A DNA stretch of 64,000 nucleotides from an uncultured Candidatus Saccharibacteria bacterium (GTDB taxonomy: Bacteria > Patescibacteriota > Saccharimonadia > CAILAD01 > BJGX01). The stretch covers positions 5,316 through 69,315 of the forward strand of contig CAZKFZ010000002.1 of NCBI GenBank assembly GCA_964552475.1, in the 5' to 3' direction. Every line of letters starts with the position of its first letter. Position 1 is the first letter of the stretch. Positions 33,059-42,589 of this stretch are shown in pieces. The position numbers were made by a program, and so were the translations under genes. Below the pieces are notes generated by a model. It was not told the DNA's origin. It saw only the letters and a program-made list of their open reading frames with translations, and ran no database searches.

Positions 33059-33655
33059 TTAAAATGGATTTCCGGTAGTCTTAGTAATATAGTATACAGC
33101 TCCAGCGGCAATTGCCAAAACTACCACTACTCCTAAAATAATTAGTACCCACTTAAACTTCTTGCCTTTCTTAGGTTGGTCAACATGTTTTTCTTCATTG
33201 CTTGGCGATGTTTCTGAAAGATTAATATCGTCTACACCTTTTTCTGACATTGCACTATCCTCTGCCGCAGTAGGCTGACCACTAGTAGTGGTAGAATCCA
33301 GACCCGATGTGTCGGTTGGCTTTGGAGAAATATCTTGTTGTTTAGTATCTTTTATTGATATTTCGTTCACAACAGGTGCAACTTTTGGAGTTTTATTGGC
33401 TGGTTCTGGTTGAGTTTCTTCATTAAGAAGTGGCGAATCTGCAAAGGTTGTAGGGGCATTTTTTAGATCAATCACATGTGCACTAGCATTATCAGGTGTT
33501 TTTGTTGAACTCGCGTTAGGCACCGAAGAAGTAGCTGTAACGGTATTACTAGCACGGCTCATACTGTCCATACTAGGTTTGCCTGGCAAAAAATCTGTGC
33601 TTTTAGTTTTGTTGTCGCTTTGCAATGTGTTCTCCCTTAAAAAAGCAATGGTCAA
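33059..33655 (-). CDS. Ser/Thr/Pro-rich low-complexity protein with C-terminal TM anchor
   Basis: 198 aa. No signal peptide. Single C-terminal TM helix (WVLIILGVVVVLAIAAGAVYYI). Confidence 0.5.
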   Translation of the reverse strand: MTIAFLRENTLQSDNKTKSTDFLPGKPSMDSMSRASNTVTATSSVPNASSTKTPDNASAHVIDLKNAPTTFADSPLLNEETQPEPANKTPKVAPVVNEISIKDTKQQDISPKPTDTSGLDSTTTSGQPTAAEDSAMSEKGVDDINLSETSPSNEEKHVDQPKKGKKFKWVLIILGVVVVLAIAAGAVYYITKTTGNPF

Positions 33656-33717
33656 TTTAATAGTTGTTATGCTATAGCTTTATATTGTAAATGATACTTA
33701 CAATACAGTCAATTTAG

Positions 33718-34653
33718 CTAAATCTCATTTTGCTTGGCAATATAACGAGCAGCTTCAATTGCTGCCTTTGCCCCTTCACCAGCAGCAGTAATAATTTGTT
33801 TTTCATTAATGTCGGTAATATCGCCTGCTGCAAATAACCCAGCCACCGAAGTTTGATTATCTTTGTTAATAATTATCTCACCAGCCTTATTGAGCTTAAC
33901 TAAATCTTTCAAGTAGTCTGTAGCAGGTAAGCTACCGGCCTCAATAAAAACCCCTTGTAGTGGTATGTCGGTAGAAGACTTGTTACTATGAGTTTGTATA
34001 GTAATAGAACTCACAAATTTCTCACCATTAATTTTAACCACTTCGGTATTATTTAGTATGCGAATGTGGGGTGAGGCAGTAACTTTTTCTATCATGATTG
34101 GATCGCCTGTAAGTTCTGGGGTGATATTAATTATTACTATAGATTTCACGCTGCGACCTATGTTTAAAGCGGCATCCAAAGCAGAATTACCGCCACCTAT
34201 TATAGCCACATCTTTGTCGGCAAAAAGAGGACCATCACACCAGGCACAGTAGGTTACGCCTCTATTTAGAAATTCTTGTTCGCCAGGCACCCCAAGTGGT
34301 CTTGGTAGCTTTCCGCCAGCAATAATAACTGCGCGAGCGTGTTCGCTATGACCATCGCCTGTTGTTACCGAAAAGTAGTTTTTATTTTTTTTAACAGAAC
34401 GAACTCCTTTGGTAGTTAGCCTGAGCTCGAGCACATCTTTAAACTTTTCTACATGATGCTCAAACTTCTCTACCAAGTGGGCACCGGTAATCATAGTAAA
34501 GCCCAAGTAATTCTCTACATCACTACTCCATGCTGCTTGCCCACCAATGTCGCGTGTCAGTATAAGTGTTTTGAGTTTTTTGCGAGCTGCATAAATACCC
34601 GCTGTCATACCAGCTGGACCACCACCAATAATAATTAAGTCATACATAAGCAT
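33718..34653 (-). CDS. trxB: thioredoxin-disulfide reductase
   Basis: FAD motif (DLIIIGGGPAGMTAG). Redox-active CAWCDG. NADPH motif (VAIIGGGNSALD). 311 aa. Confidence 0.9.
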   Translation of the reverse strand: MLMYDLIIIGGGPAGMTAGIYAARKKLKTLILTRDIGGQAAWSSDVENYLGFTMITGAHLVEKFEHHVEKFKDVLELRLTTKGVRSVKKNKNYFSVTTGDGHSEHARAVIIAGGKLPRPLGVPGEQEFLNRGVTYCAWCDGPLFADKDVAIIGGGNSALDAALNIGRSVKSIVIINITPELTGDPIMIEKVTASPHIRILNNTEVVKINGEKFVSSITIQTHSNKSSTDIPLQGVFIEAGSLPATDYLKDLVKLNKAGEIIINKDNQTSVAGLFAAGDITDINEKQIITAAGEGAKAAIEAARYIAKQNEI

Positions 34654-34696
34654 TATTATAGTCTATAGCCAACTAACTTGACCATAGACATTTTAC

Positions 34697-35701
34697 CTAA
34701 AGCACTTTTGCTATATAGCTTCTAGGAGCTTTTTTTAGTTCTAATTGAATTTCTTCTTGGCTTAGTAAGCCGGCTTGTGCACCAACTTTTTGCACTACAC
34801 TACAAGAGTTAATTCCCGCCCAAGCCAGAGCATCGCCCATATTTTTACCTTCTATTATTGCTGCCGTAAAAGTACTTGCGTAAGAGTCGCCTGCACCAGT
34901 TCTATCAACCGGTGGTTTAGGATCAGGATATGGTGGCATGAATACTATTTTTTGTCCATCCGATGCATAAGCGCCGTTTGGTCCGTCGGTGAGTAGTAGT
35001 GTCTTGGGGCCTAAAGCATGCATTTTACTTATTAGAGTTTTTTCGTCTTTTATGTCACTTTCTAAAATTTGTTGGTACTCTTCTTTGTTGGCCGCAAATA
35101 TCTCAGTTCTGCTATATAGTTTATGTAGTTTTTTTACTCCTTCACGTATCTGAAAAGTGCCAGGCTGAAAAGCCAGTTTAATATCTGGATTAGTAAACAA
35201 ATAGTCACTGAGACCTTTATGAACGATATCGCCTTTTTCGCCAATCGAACTTAAATATATCCACTCAGGTTTTTGATACGGTCTAATCTCGGGCCATTCG
35301 TAATTGTAATCTTCGTGTTTTATTAAAATAGTTCTATCGTCTTTATACCACAAGACATAATGATAATTACTCTTAAACCCTTCGTTGGTTCGGATAAACT
35401 CTGTAGAAACACCTTCTTGAGATAATGCATGTAGAATGTCTCGCCCCACCAAATCATCACCAATGTCGCTTCTTAGGGCCGATCTTATATCGAGACGAGC
35501 AAAGGCTACAGCGGCGTTGGCAGCATTACCTACTCCATTTATTATTATTGCGTCTTTAAAAGGTATTTTGGTGCCATATGTCATGCATAATAATGGATGT
35601 TTTTTAGCGTCGTGGTCTATCTCTGCCTCGGTCGGTAGTAATTCTATAAAAGCATCTGTGACAACATCACCTATAGACATTACTTGTAGTTTCTCTTTCA
35701 T
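34697..35701 (-). CDS. PfkB-family carbohydrate kinase (ribokinase-like)
   Basis: C-terminal PfkB signature DRTGAGDSYASTF. 334 aa. Confidence 0.85.
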   Translation of the reverse strand: MKEKLQVMSIGDVVTDAFIELLPTEAEIDHDAKKHPLLCMTYGTKIPFKDAIIINGVGNAANAAVAFARLDIRSALRSDIGDDLVGRDILHALSQEGVSTEFIRTNEGFKSNYHYVLWYKDDRTILIKHEDYNYEWPEIRPYQKPEWIYLSSIGEKGDIVHKGLSDYLFTNPDIKLAFQPGTFQIREGVKKLHKLYSRTEIFAANKEEYQQILESDIKDEKTLISKMHALGPKTLLLTDGPNGAYASDGQKIVFMPPYPDPKPPVDRTGAGDSYASTFTAAIIEGKNMGDALAWAGINSCSVVQKVGAQAGLLSQEEIQLELKKAPRSYIAKVL

Positions 35702-36684
35702 TACTTTACCTTTCTAACGAATTTTTTTGCCAACTTTACTATAGTAGGGGCATCTATGCCGTACTCGCTCCAAAGTTGGTCGATAGTGCCGGATTGGCCA
35801 AAACGATCTTGTATGCCTAATCTCATAACTGGCACAGGGTATTGTGCAGCTATTGTTTCAGCTACTGCACCACCCAAGCCACCTACCACTTGAGCTTCTT
35901 CTAAAGTAATCACTCTACGAGTCTTTTTGGCGCTAGTCACAATCGTCTTGGTATCTAATGGCTTAATAGTAGAACAATTAATTACTTCTACAGAGATATT
36001 GCTCTTGGTTAGTTCATTTGCGGCCTTCAAAGCCTCATACAGAAGTGGTCCGCAAGCAATTATGGTAAGATCTTTACCGTTTTGCAAAATTTGCGCTTTT
36101 CCTATTTCAAAAGGTGAACTATCGGTGGTTATAACAGCCGTCTTCTCACGAGCCAATCTCAAATAAGCCGGTGAGGTGTTTTTGGCGAGTGCAATTGTGG
36201 CTTTCTTGGCTTCTATGCTGTCAGCAGGAACTACTACTGTCATGTTAGGTAGTACTCGCATAAGCGCAATATCTTCTAGCATCTGGTGGGTTGCTCCATC
36301 TGGACCAACCGAAACACCTGAGTGACTACCTACTACCTTCACATTGCGGTTGTTTAGACAAATTGTAGTTCTTATTTGTTCCCAGTTTCTTCCCGGCGAA
36401 AAACTTGCATAGCTGGTAACGAAGGGTTTTTTTCCTACTGCCGCCAGACCAGATGCAACAGTTACTAGATTTTGTTCGGCTACGCCAATCTCTACAAATC
36501 TTTCGGGGTAAGCTTGCTTAAAGGCTTCCATTTGAGTTGACTCGGTTAGATCAGCACAGAGCGCTACGATATCTTTATCTTTTTTGCCAGCATCAAATAA
36601 ACCTTCGCCAAACCCCTTGCGGTTAGGCACAAGCTCTATATCTTTAGTAAATAGCTTAGTACTAAGCTTTTGTGAGCTATTCAT
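35701..36684 (-). CDS. tktB: transketolase, C-terminal subunit (pyrimidine-binding + C-terminal domains)
   Basis: Split-transketolase C-terminal half (FVEIGVAEQNLVTVASGLA ... GPDGATHQMLEDIALMR). Confidence 0.9.
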   Translation of the reverse strand: MNSSQKLSTKLFTKDIELVPNRKGFGEGLFDAGKKDKDIVALCADLTESTQMEAFKQAYPERFVEIGVAEQNLVTVASGLAAVGKKPFVTSYASFSPGRNWEQIRTTICLNNRNVKVVGSHSGVSVGPDGATHQMLEDIALMRVLPNMTVVVPADSIEAKKATIALAKNTSPAYLRLAREKTAVITTDSSPFEIGKAQILQNGKDLTIIACGPLLYEALKAANELTKSNISVEVINCSTIKPLDTKTIVTSAKKTRRVITLEEAQVVGGLGGAVAETIAAQYPVPVMRLGIQDRFGQSGTIDQLWSEYGIDAPTIVKLAKKFVRKVK

Positions 36685-37567
36685 GCTCGCTCCTTATTTT
36701 ACCCTGTAGAGTCCTAAGTTCTTTTAGGGCAACTTTTAATTGTTTTTTTGGAGCGGGCTCGCCACTTATCTCTTGCTTACCTGGTGGTATACCATGCCAA
36801 CGAAAGTCATCTTCCATAAAATCTACCCCTTTGCCAGCGATAGTATGCGCAATAATACAAGTTGGTCTCTCAAAGATTGCCTTAGCTTGATTAATAGCGC
36901 CTGCTATTTCTTCAAAATTGTGCCCATCTATTTCTATAACATGCCAATTGAAAGCCTGGTATTTCGCCGCAAGCGGTTCGAGTGGCATAACATCTTCGGT
37001 AAATCCATCGATCTGAATATTGTTTCTATCAACAATAACTGTAAGATTTCTCAATCGGTTGTTTCCTGCAAACATTATCGCCTCCCAAGTGTTACCTTCT
37101 TGATGTTCACCATCTGAGGTAAGGCAGTACACATGTTGTTTCTTGTGATTATCCATGCGCAAGCCATAAGCCATGCCAGCAGCTTGGCTAATACCCGAAC
37201 CAAGTGGACCACTGGTAGTTTCTATGCCGGGCAGACGAGTTCTTTCCGGATGTCCTTGTAGTCTGGTGCCGAACTGCCGTAAGGATTTAAGTTCACTTTT
37301 ATCAAAGTAGCCAGCATGTGCCATAGCGACATATAGTACCGGGTTGATGTGTCCGTTACTTAATACTAGCCTATCTCTTTGTTGCCAATCAGGTTTTTTA
37401 GGGTTGTATTGGAGAAGGTCACCAAAATACAGTGCCGTGAATATATCGGCCATACCAAGTGGGCCGGCGGTGTGTCCGCTTCCAGCATGTTCAAGCATAA
37501 TTAATATATCTTTACGTATATCATCAGCTTTTAATGCTAGTTCTAGTTGGGTAAGCCTTTTTTTCAT
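36677..37567 (-). CDS. tktA: transketolase, N-terminal subunit (TPP-binding)
   Basis: Split-transketolase N-terminal half (GHTAGPLGMADIFTALYF ... RDRLVLSNGH). 8-nt overlap with the C-terminal subunit gene. Confidence 0.9.
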   Translation of the reverse strand: MKKRLTQLELALKADDIRKDILIMLEHAGSGHTAGPLGMADIFTALYFGDLLQYNPKKPDWQQRDRLVLSNGHINPVLYVAMAHAGYFDKSELKSLRQFGTRLQGHPERTRLPGIETTSGPLGSGISQAAGMAYGLRMDNHKKQHVYCLTSDGEHQEGNTWEAIMFAGNNRLRNLTVIVDRNNIQIDGFTEDVMPLEPLAAKYQAFNWHVIEIDGHNFEEIAGAINQAKAIFERPTCIIAHTIAGKGVDFMEDDFRWHGIPPGKQEISGEPAPKKQLKVALKELRTLQGKIRSEHE

Positions 37568-38196
37568 AATGTTTTTTCCATTAAAAATGAGTAGGCGCTC
37601 AGAGAATCAAGCTCTGGGTTGTTAAACAAGAATGAGTTTACGTCTATAGTATCAAACTGTGCTTTTACTATTGCCGAGATTGTTTTGTCGCTCACTCCGC
37701 CATCTAGACCAATTTCTAGATCCGGCCTAATTTCTCTTACCTCTTTAGGCTTGCTTAAAACTGCCTTGTCTAGCTTGGTGCCAGCAAAACCAGCTTGGTA
37801 ACCCATAATTTGCAAATGACTTATTACGTTTAGATATTTTTTTATATCGTCAATTGAAGTACTTGGATTAATAGACAAACCAGCCCTAAAACCGTTTTTC
37901 ATTGTTAACTCGAGTGCGGCCATAACATCGCCTGGCGACTCAAACTGAACAATAATAATATGTGGGTTCAACTTAACACATTCGCGAGCATACCAAACAG
38001 GATCTTCAACCATTAGATGCATATCCATCTTGTTATCAATTTGTTTTTGAATGTCGCGTGGTTGAATAGTAAGGTTGTCTACATATTTGCCGTCAATAAT
38101 ATCTATATGAAACCTATCGGTTAGCTGACGAGCAGCTCTTAAATTTTTGCGATATTCGTCGGTAGTTTTTGCTAAAATGTCGGGGATTATTTTCAT
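37564..38196 (-). CDS. rpe: ribulose-phosphate 3-epimerase-like
   Basis: HIDIIDGKYVDNLT and MHLMVEDP match the Rpe HxDxMDG ... HLMV pattern. 210 aa. 4-nt overlaps on both sides. Confidence 0.75.
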   Translation of the reverse strand: MKIIPDILAKTTDEYRKNLRAARQLTDRFHIDIIDGKYVDNLTIQPRDIQKQIDNKMDMHLMVEDPVWYARECVKLNPHIIIVQFESPGDVMAALELTMKNGFRAGLSINPSTSIDDIKKYLNVISHLQIMGYQAGFAGTKLDKAVLSKPKEVREIRPDLEIGLDGGVSDKTISAIVKAQFDTIDVNSFLFNNPELDSLSAYSFLMEKTL

Positions 38197-38639
38197 TGTT
38201 GATCTTCAATGTTTTCAATTTCTTTTAATCTACGTTTGTGCCTAGGTAGTGCTGAAAAAGGTGTTTGTAAAAATTCGTTGGTAATTTTATACATTTCATC
38301 AACACTTAGCTCACCTGCAGGCAAACTTAATACATTACTATTATTGTCGTTGCGAGTTTCGTAAGCCAGATGTTCGTTCCAAACCAGTGCCGCCCTTACA
38401 CCGTCTACTTTGTTGGCAGCTATCTCCATACCTTCACCACTTTTACAAACTAGCACCCCAAAACTACCTTTGTCGTCTACTACCGAATCGGCAACTTGTT
38501 CTGCAAATAAGGGGTAGTCATCGGTAGGATCAAGTTGAGCGGGGCCCATATCTACTACCTCGTATTTTTTACTAAGACGCTCTACTAATAGATTTTTTTT
38601 TATAAACCCAGCGTGGTCAGAGGCTACATAAACTTTCAT
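38193..38639 (-). CDS. rpiB: ribose-5-phosphate isomerase B
   Basis: 148 aa. RpiB/LacAB fold (MKVYVASDHAGF ... GVLVCKSGEGMEIAANK). Confidence 0.9.
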   Translation of the reverse strand: MKVYVASDHAGFIKKNLLVERLSKKYEVVDMGPAQLDPTDDYPLFAEQVADSVVDDKGSFGVLVCKSGEGMEIAANKVDGVRAALVWNEHLAYETRNDNNSNVLSLPAGELSVDEMYKITNEFLQTPFSALPRHKRRLKEIENIEDQQ

Positions 38640-39649
38640 TTTAATAATTTTCCAACTTTTTGCACCATCTCTACTAAACGATTAGAGTATCCCCATTCGT
38701 TATCATACCAGGCCACTACCTTACACAGATTACCGTCGACTACGTTAGTTAGTTTTGTGTCTACTATGCAGCTATGAGGGTCACCAATAAAATCTCTACT
38801 CACTAATTCTTCTTCTGTAAAATCGATAATTCCTTTGTGGCTAGTCTGGCAAGCCTTTTTAATAATTTTATTAATTTCTTCCACAGTAGTATTACGCTTT
38901 GCTAAAAAAGTAATATCACTAAGCGAAACTACTGGGGTTGGTACTCGTATACTCAACCCATCAAACTTATCTTTTAGATCGGGAACAGTGAGCGCAGCGG
39001 CAGTAGCAGCACCAGTGGTGGTGGGCACAATGTTTTCAGCCGCAGCTCTAGCCTCTCGCAAATCTTTTGCAGGGCCGTCTTGTAGTTGCTGCGATTGTGT
39101 GTAGCTATGCACGGTAGTCATTAGAGACTTTTCTATGCCAATCTCTTTAGACAAAACTGCCATAATTGGTGCAATACAGTTTGTGGTACACGACGCATTA
39201 GAAACGACTGTTTGTGTAGATTTTAAATTCTCATCATTGGCACCAAATACAAATGTGTCACTGTTCTCACCCTTTTCTGGAGCGCTTAAGACAATTTTCT
39301 TTGCCCCAGCTTTTAGGTGCATTTCTAGGCTCGGTCGGTCAGTAAATCGACCAGTACATTCTATTACTACATCTATTTTTAGTTCTTTCCAGGGAAGCTT
39401 GCTAGGTTCTGGTTCAGCGGTAACTAGTATTTTTTTGCCATCAACTACTAAATGAGTGTCGGTACTCGTAACTTTTTTATGATAATGACCATAGCTACTA
39501 TCATGGCGTAATAAATGAGCTAGGGTAGCGTTATCTGTTAAGTCATTGATTGCAACAATCTCGATATCTTGTTTGGTAAAAGCTATTTTAAAGGCATTTC
39601 GGCCAATTCTACCAAAACCGTTAATAGCTACTCGGGTTTTACGACTCAT
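38636..39649 (-). CDS. gap: glyceraldehyde-3-phosphate dehydrogenase
   Basis: N-terminal NAD motif (VAINGFGRIGRNAF). Catalytic ASCTTNC. 337 aa. Confidence 0.95.
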   Translation of the reverse strand: MSRKTRVAINGFGRIGRNAFKIAFTKQDIEIVAINDLTDNATLAHLLRHDSSYGHYHKKVTSTDTHLVVDGKKILVTAEPEPSKLPWKELKIDVVIECTGRFTDRPSLEMHLKAGAKKIVLSAPEKGENSDTFVFGANDENLKSTQTVVSNASCTTNCIAPIMAVLSKEIGIEKSLMTTVHSYTQSQQLQDGPAKDLREARAAAENIVPTTTGAATAAALTVPDLKDKFDGLSIRVPTPVVSLSDITFLAKRNTTVEEINKIIKKACQTSHKGIIDFTEEELVSRDFIGDPHSCIVDTKLTNVVDGNLCKVVAWYDNEWGYSNRLVEMVQKVGKLLK

Positions 39650-39734
39650 CTAGGCTTCTCCTTAATATGCTTATGTATATATTGTATCTGATACAATCAT
39701 AGGCTTCAAGGTAAAAGCAAATAAATATGGTGGT

Positions 39735-40067
39735 CTATTTTTTCATTTTACTATGGGACATACACACGTTTTCGGTGCAGTCTTCGCCATTGAGTAGCGC
39801 AACTATTTCAGCTTCGTCGTGAGCTCCACAAAGTGCTTGGTTGGTTTTGGTATTTACAAAACTTGGTACAGCAGCAAAGCCTCCACAGGCAATTGAAATA
39901 ATATCTTCATATTTTTTCATAACTGTTTGGTTTTCCTTGTCGTTCCAAACCTCAAGCTTTTTTATCTCTACTTTGTTATCAGCTTCAATTTTTTGCACAA
40001 CTGGTTTCATACTTAAACAGTGCGGACAAGTTTCGCCGTAAAATTCAATTACATCACTTTTAACCAT
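39735..40067 (-). CDS. thioredoxin-fold protein (CPHC active site)
   Basis: 110 aa. EFYGETCPHCLSMKP. Additional Cys pairs at the C-terminus. Confidence 0.7.
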   Translation of the reverse strand: MVKSDVIEFYGETCPHCLSMKPVVQKIEADNKVEIKKLEVWNDKENQTVMKKYEDIISIACGGFAAVPSFVNTKTNQALCGAHDEAEIVALLNGEDCTENVCMSHSKMKK

Positions 40068-40069
40068 AA

Positions 40070-40525
40070 TTATTCCTTCTTAGTCTTTTTAAAAACTTCT
40101 TTACTGCTTAAGTATAGCACGGTGGTTAGTACAAAAATAAATATCGATGTAAATGCCGATAGAAGACAATACTGACAAAAGGCGTTTAACACAAATGCCT
40201 GAATATAGAGTAGATAAATAGTCGAGAAAAGACCTATTACACCCCAGGCACTCAACCACCAATGGTATGTTTTGTGCTGAATAAAGAATATGCTTGCAGA
40301 AAGCACTACAGTGTAAAATACCATACCAAGTGCAGCTATTGGCACGCCCAAAATTTCTGAATAACTACTGGTAAGCACTGTCTCGCAAGCGTGGGTAAAA
40401 TTACACGGCACCAAGGCGTTGGTGTAGTGAGTAACAGTTAGATACATAGAATCAAAAAGTCCAACAAGAGCGACAATACCAAGAAGTATGAGTATTATAT
40501 TTTTAGTTTTAGAACTTAGTTGCAT
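40070..40525 (-). CDS. vitamin K epoxide reductase (VKOR) family protein
   Basis: 151 aa, 4-5 TM. Loop Cys pair (CNFTHAC) and a CxxC at the start of the last TM (CQYC), characteristic of VKOR. Confidence 0.75.
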   Translation of the reverse strand: MQLSSKTKNIILILLGIVALVGLFDSMYLTVTHYTNALVPCNFTHACETVLTSSYSEILGVPIAALGMVFYTVVLSASIFFIQHKTYHWWLSAWGVIGLFSTIYLLYIQAFVLNAFCQYCLLSAFTSIFIFVLTTVLYLSSKEVFKKTKKE

Positions 40526-40536
40526 AAAAGTTTAGC

Positions 40537-41205
40537 CTACTGGGTTTCACTTAGAGCTTTGTCAATTGCAGCTAAAAGCTCAGCCTCTGAGTTGGGTTTT
40601 ACTTGAACCCCATTTATTAAAAAGCTTGGGGTTCCTTGTAGACCAAGCTTTTCACCTAGTGCTACATCGGCCTTTATTAAGTCTTTGACTTTGGCAGAAT
40701 CTCTATCTTTTTTCCATTGATCTACATTGAGTCCTATTTGCCGTGCATAATCTTCAAACTTACTATTGGGGTCTTTTTCGTTCTCCCAATCTTTTTGATT
40801 TTCGTATACTATATTGTGCATCTCCCAAAACTTGCCCTGCAAAGCCGCGGCCTCAACTGCTTGAGCGCTAGATTGGGCGTTTTTGTGCAAATCTACTAAA
40901 GGAAAGTTTTTAAATACAAACAATATTTTATCTTGATACTTAGGTATAAGAGTATCTTTAATAAAAGGGTGCCAAGCTCCACAAGCTGGGCACTGATAGT
41001 CACCAAATTCGGTTACCACTACTTTGCTGTTAGTATTGCCTACAGTACCGCCAGTTCTTAGGGCGTCTTTGTCGGCCTGAGTAATCTCTTTGTTTGTTGT
41101 AGCACCATTTTGTGTTGAATCTGGCGTAATGAGAGCTTTTATTATAAATCCGCCGATTAAGAGCACGACAATCACTATAAGAGCTGTTGGTAGATATTTC
41201 TTCAT
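40537..41205 (-). CDS. DsbA-like thiol:disulfide oxidoreductase (membrane-anchored)
   Basis: N-terminal TM anchor. Thioredoxin fold with CPAC (FGDYQCPACGAWHP). Confidence 0.85.
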   Translation of the reverse strand: MKKYLPTALIVIVVLLIGGFIIKALITPDSTQNGATTNKEITQADKDALRTGGTVGNTNSKVVVTEFGDYQCPACGAWHPFIKDTLIPKYQDKILFVFKNFPLVDLHKNAQSSAQAVEAAALQGKFWEMHNIVYENQKDWENEKDPNSKFEDYARQIGLNVDQWKKDRDSAKVKDLIKADVALGEKLGLQGTPSFLINGVQVKPNSEAELLAAIDKALSETQ

Positions 41206-41260
41206 ACGCTAAATTGTATCAAACTACACGCCTTACTTCTAGCACAAGAGTTTTAAAAGC

Positions 41261-41434
41261 CTATTTGAGTTTGGCTTTGACTTCTGTAAAAGTTTCTACC
41301 TTACGAGTTTTGGGATCGAACTTGTTTAGCTCAATCTTGTCTACAGTATTTTTGGGGTTTTTACGAGTATAATAACGGCTACCGGTAGCCTTGTTTTTTA
41401 GTATTACAATTTGTTCTTGGGTTTTTTTCGACAT
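41261..41434 (-). CDS. rpmG: 50S ribosomal protein L33
   Basis: 57-aa minus-strand ORF below the track cutoff (MSKKTQEQIVILKNKATGSRYYTRKNPKNTVDKIELNKFDPKTRKVETFTEVKAKLK). Closely parallels bacterial L33 ([38 protein letters not shown]). Confidence 0.8.
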   Translation of the reverse strand: MSKKTQEQIVILKNKATGSRYYTRKNPKNTVDKIELNKFDPKTRKVETFTEVKAKLK

Positions 41435-41462
41435 AATGCAGATTAGTATATCTTAAATTTAG

Positions 41463-42263
41463 CTACAAATCAAGAGTAACACTTATAGGGCAATGGTCTG
41501 AGCCCATCTGTTCGGCATGTATCTCGGCTTTTTTAACAGCTGTTTTGAGTTTAGACGACACCAAGAAATAATCAATACGCCAGCCTACGTTGTTGGCTCT
41601 GGCATTAGCCCAGTGTGTCCACCAGGTATAGTAGCCGTTGCCTTTTTTAAAAAGTCGTAATGTATCTACAAAACCGGCATCGATAAAATTTTGAAATCCC
41701 TCACGCTCCTCGACTGTAAAACCTTTTTTGCCAATATTAGGTTTGGGCCGAGCCAAGTCATCCTCCGTGTGAGCAACATTAAGATCTCCACAAAAAACCA
41801 CTGGCTTGGTTTTTTCTAATTGTTTGCAGTACTCTAAAAACGCTGGGTCCCAATGCTTGTGTCGCAATGGTATACGAGAGAGATCGTCTTTAGAGTTTGG
41901 GGTATAAACTGTCACTACAAAATACTTATCATACTCAGCGGCTATTACCCGACCTTCAGCATTTGGGTCGCCATAATTGTCGGCCATTTTGTATTTTTTA
42001 ACGATACTCTCTGGTAAGCCCTTTACTACCTGTATAGGCTTGGTTTTGGTAAATATGGCTGTACCGCTATAGCCAGCCTTCTCGGCATCACACCAATACT
42101 CTTTGTACTCCGGCAAATCTATCTCAGCTTGGCCTTGTTTGGCTTTGGTTTCTTGTAAGCACAAAATATCTGGCTTGTATTTTTTTATGAATTTATCAAA
42201 CTCACCTTTTTTTATTACAGATCGTATGCCGTTAACGTTCCATGAATAAATAGTTGTTTTCAT
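41463..42263 (-). CDS. xth: exodeoxyribonuclease III (AP endonuclease)
   Basis: 266 aa. N-terminus IYSWNVNGIRS ... DILCLQETK. C-terminal GSDHCPI motif. Confidence 0.9.
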   Translation of the reverse strand: MKTTIYSWNVNGIRSVIKKGEFDKFIKKYKPDILCLQETKAKQGQAEIDLPEYKEYWCDAEKAGYSGTAIFTKTKPIQVVKGLPESIVKKYKMADNYGDPNAEGRVIAAEYDKYFVVTVYTPNSKDDLSRIPLRHKHWDPAFLEYCKQLEKTKPVVFCGDLNVAHTEDDLARPKPNIGKKGFTVEEREGFQNFIDAGFVDTLRLFKKGNGYYTWWTHWANARANNVGWRIDYFLVSSKLKTAVKKAEIHAEQMGSDHCPISVTLDL

Positions 42264-42281
42264 ATTATTGTATTATAGCAA

Positions 42282-42306
42282 ATAAAACCCCACCAGATTG
42301 GTGGGG
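42282..42306 (-). terminator. rho-independent terminator of the 42314..42589 gene
   Basis: Hairpin ccccaccagattggtgggg, followed on the minus strand by ttttatttg. Confidence 0.7.
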
Positions 42307-42313
42307 ATAAGTT

Positions 42314-42589
42314 TTAAGCTTGTAAGTGGCTATTTAGCCCCTTCACAATACCCATTAGCATTCTATTTCTAGCATTGAGTGCATCAATTATATTTAAAAG
42401 CCGAACGTGACCAATACCTTCTAGCTTAGTCTGGCATTGCTCACATCTGTACACTCTATCGCAGTGAATTACTAAACTACCTCTGCCCGGCAGTTGCTTA
42501 CCGCACCCAATAGACAATACATTGGCAACAGTAGCCACTAGCTCGGGGTCTTCAGGCACCACCCAATCAGTTTGCGAGCTACTCATCAT
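42314..42589 (-). CDS. small Cys-rich (zinc-ribbon-like) protein, 91 aa
   Basis: Cys cluster HCDRVYRCEQC plus an upstream GCGK. Start overlaps the stop of the upstream acidic ORF by 4 nt. Terminator downstream. Confidence 0.5.
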   Translation of the reverse strand: MMSSSQTDWVVPEDPELVATVANVLSIGCGKQLPGRGSLVIHCDRVYRCEQCQTKLEGIGHVRLLNIIDALNARNRMLMGIVKGLNSHLQA

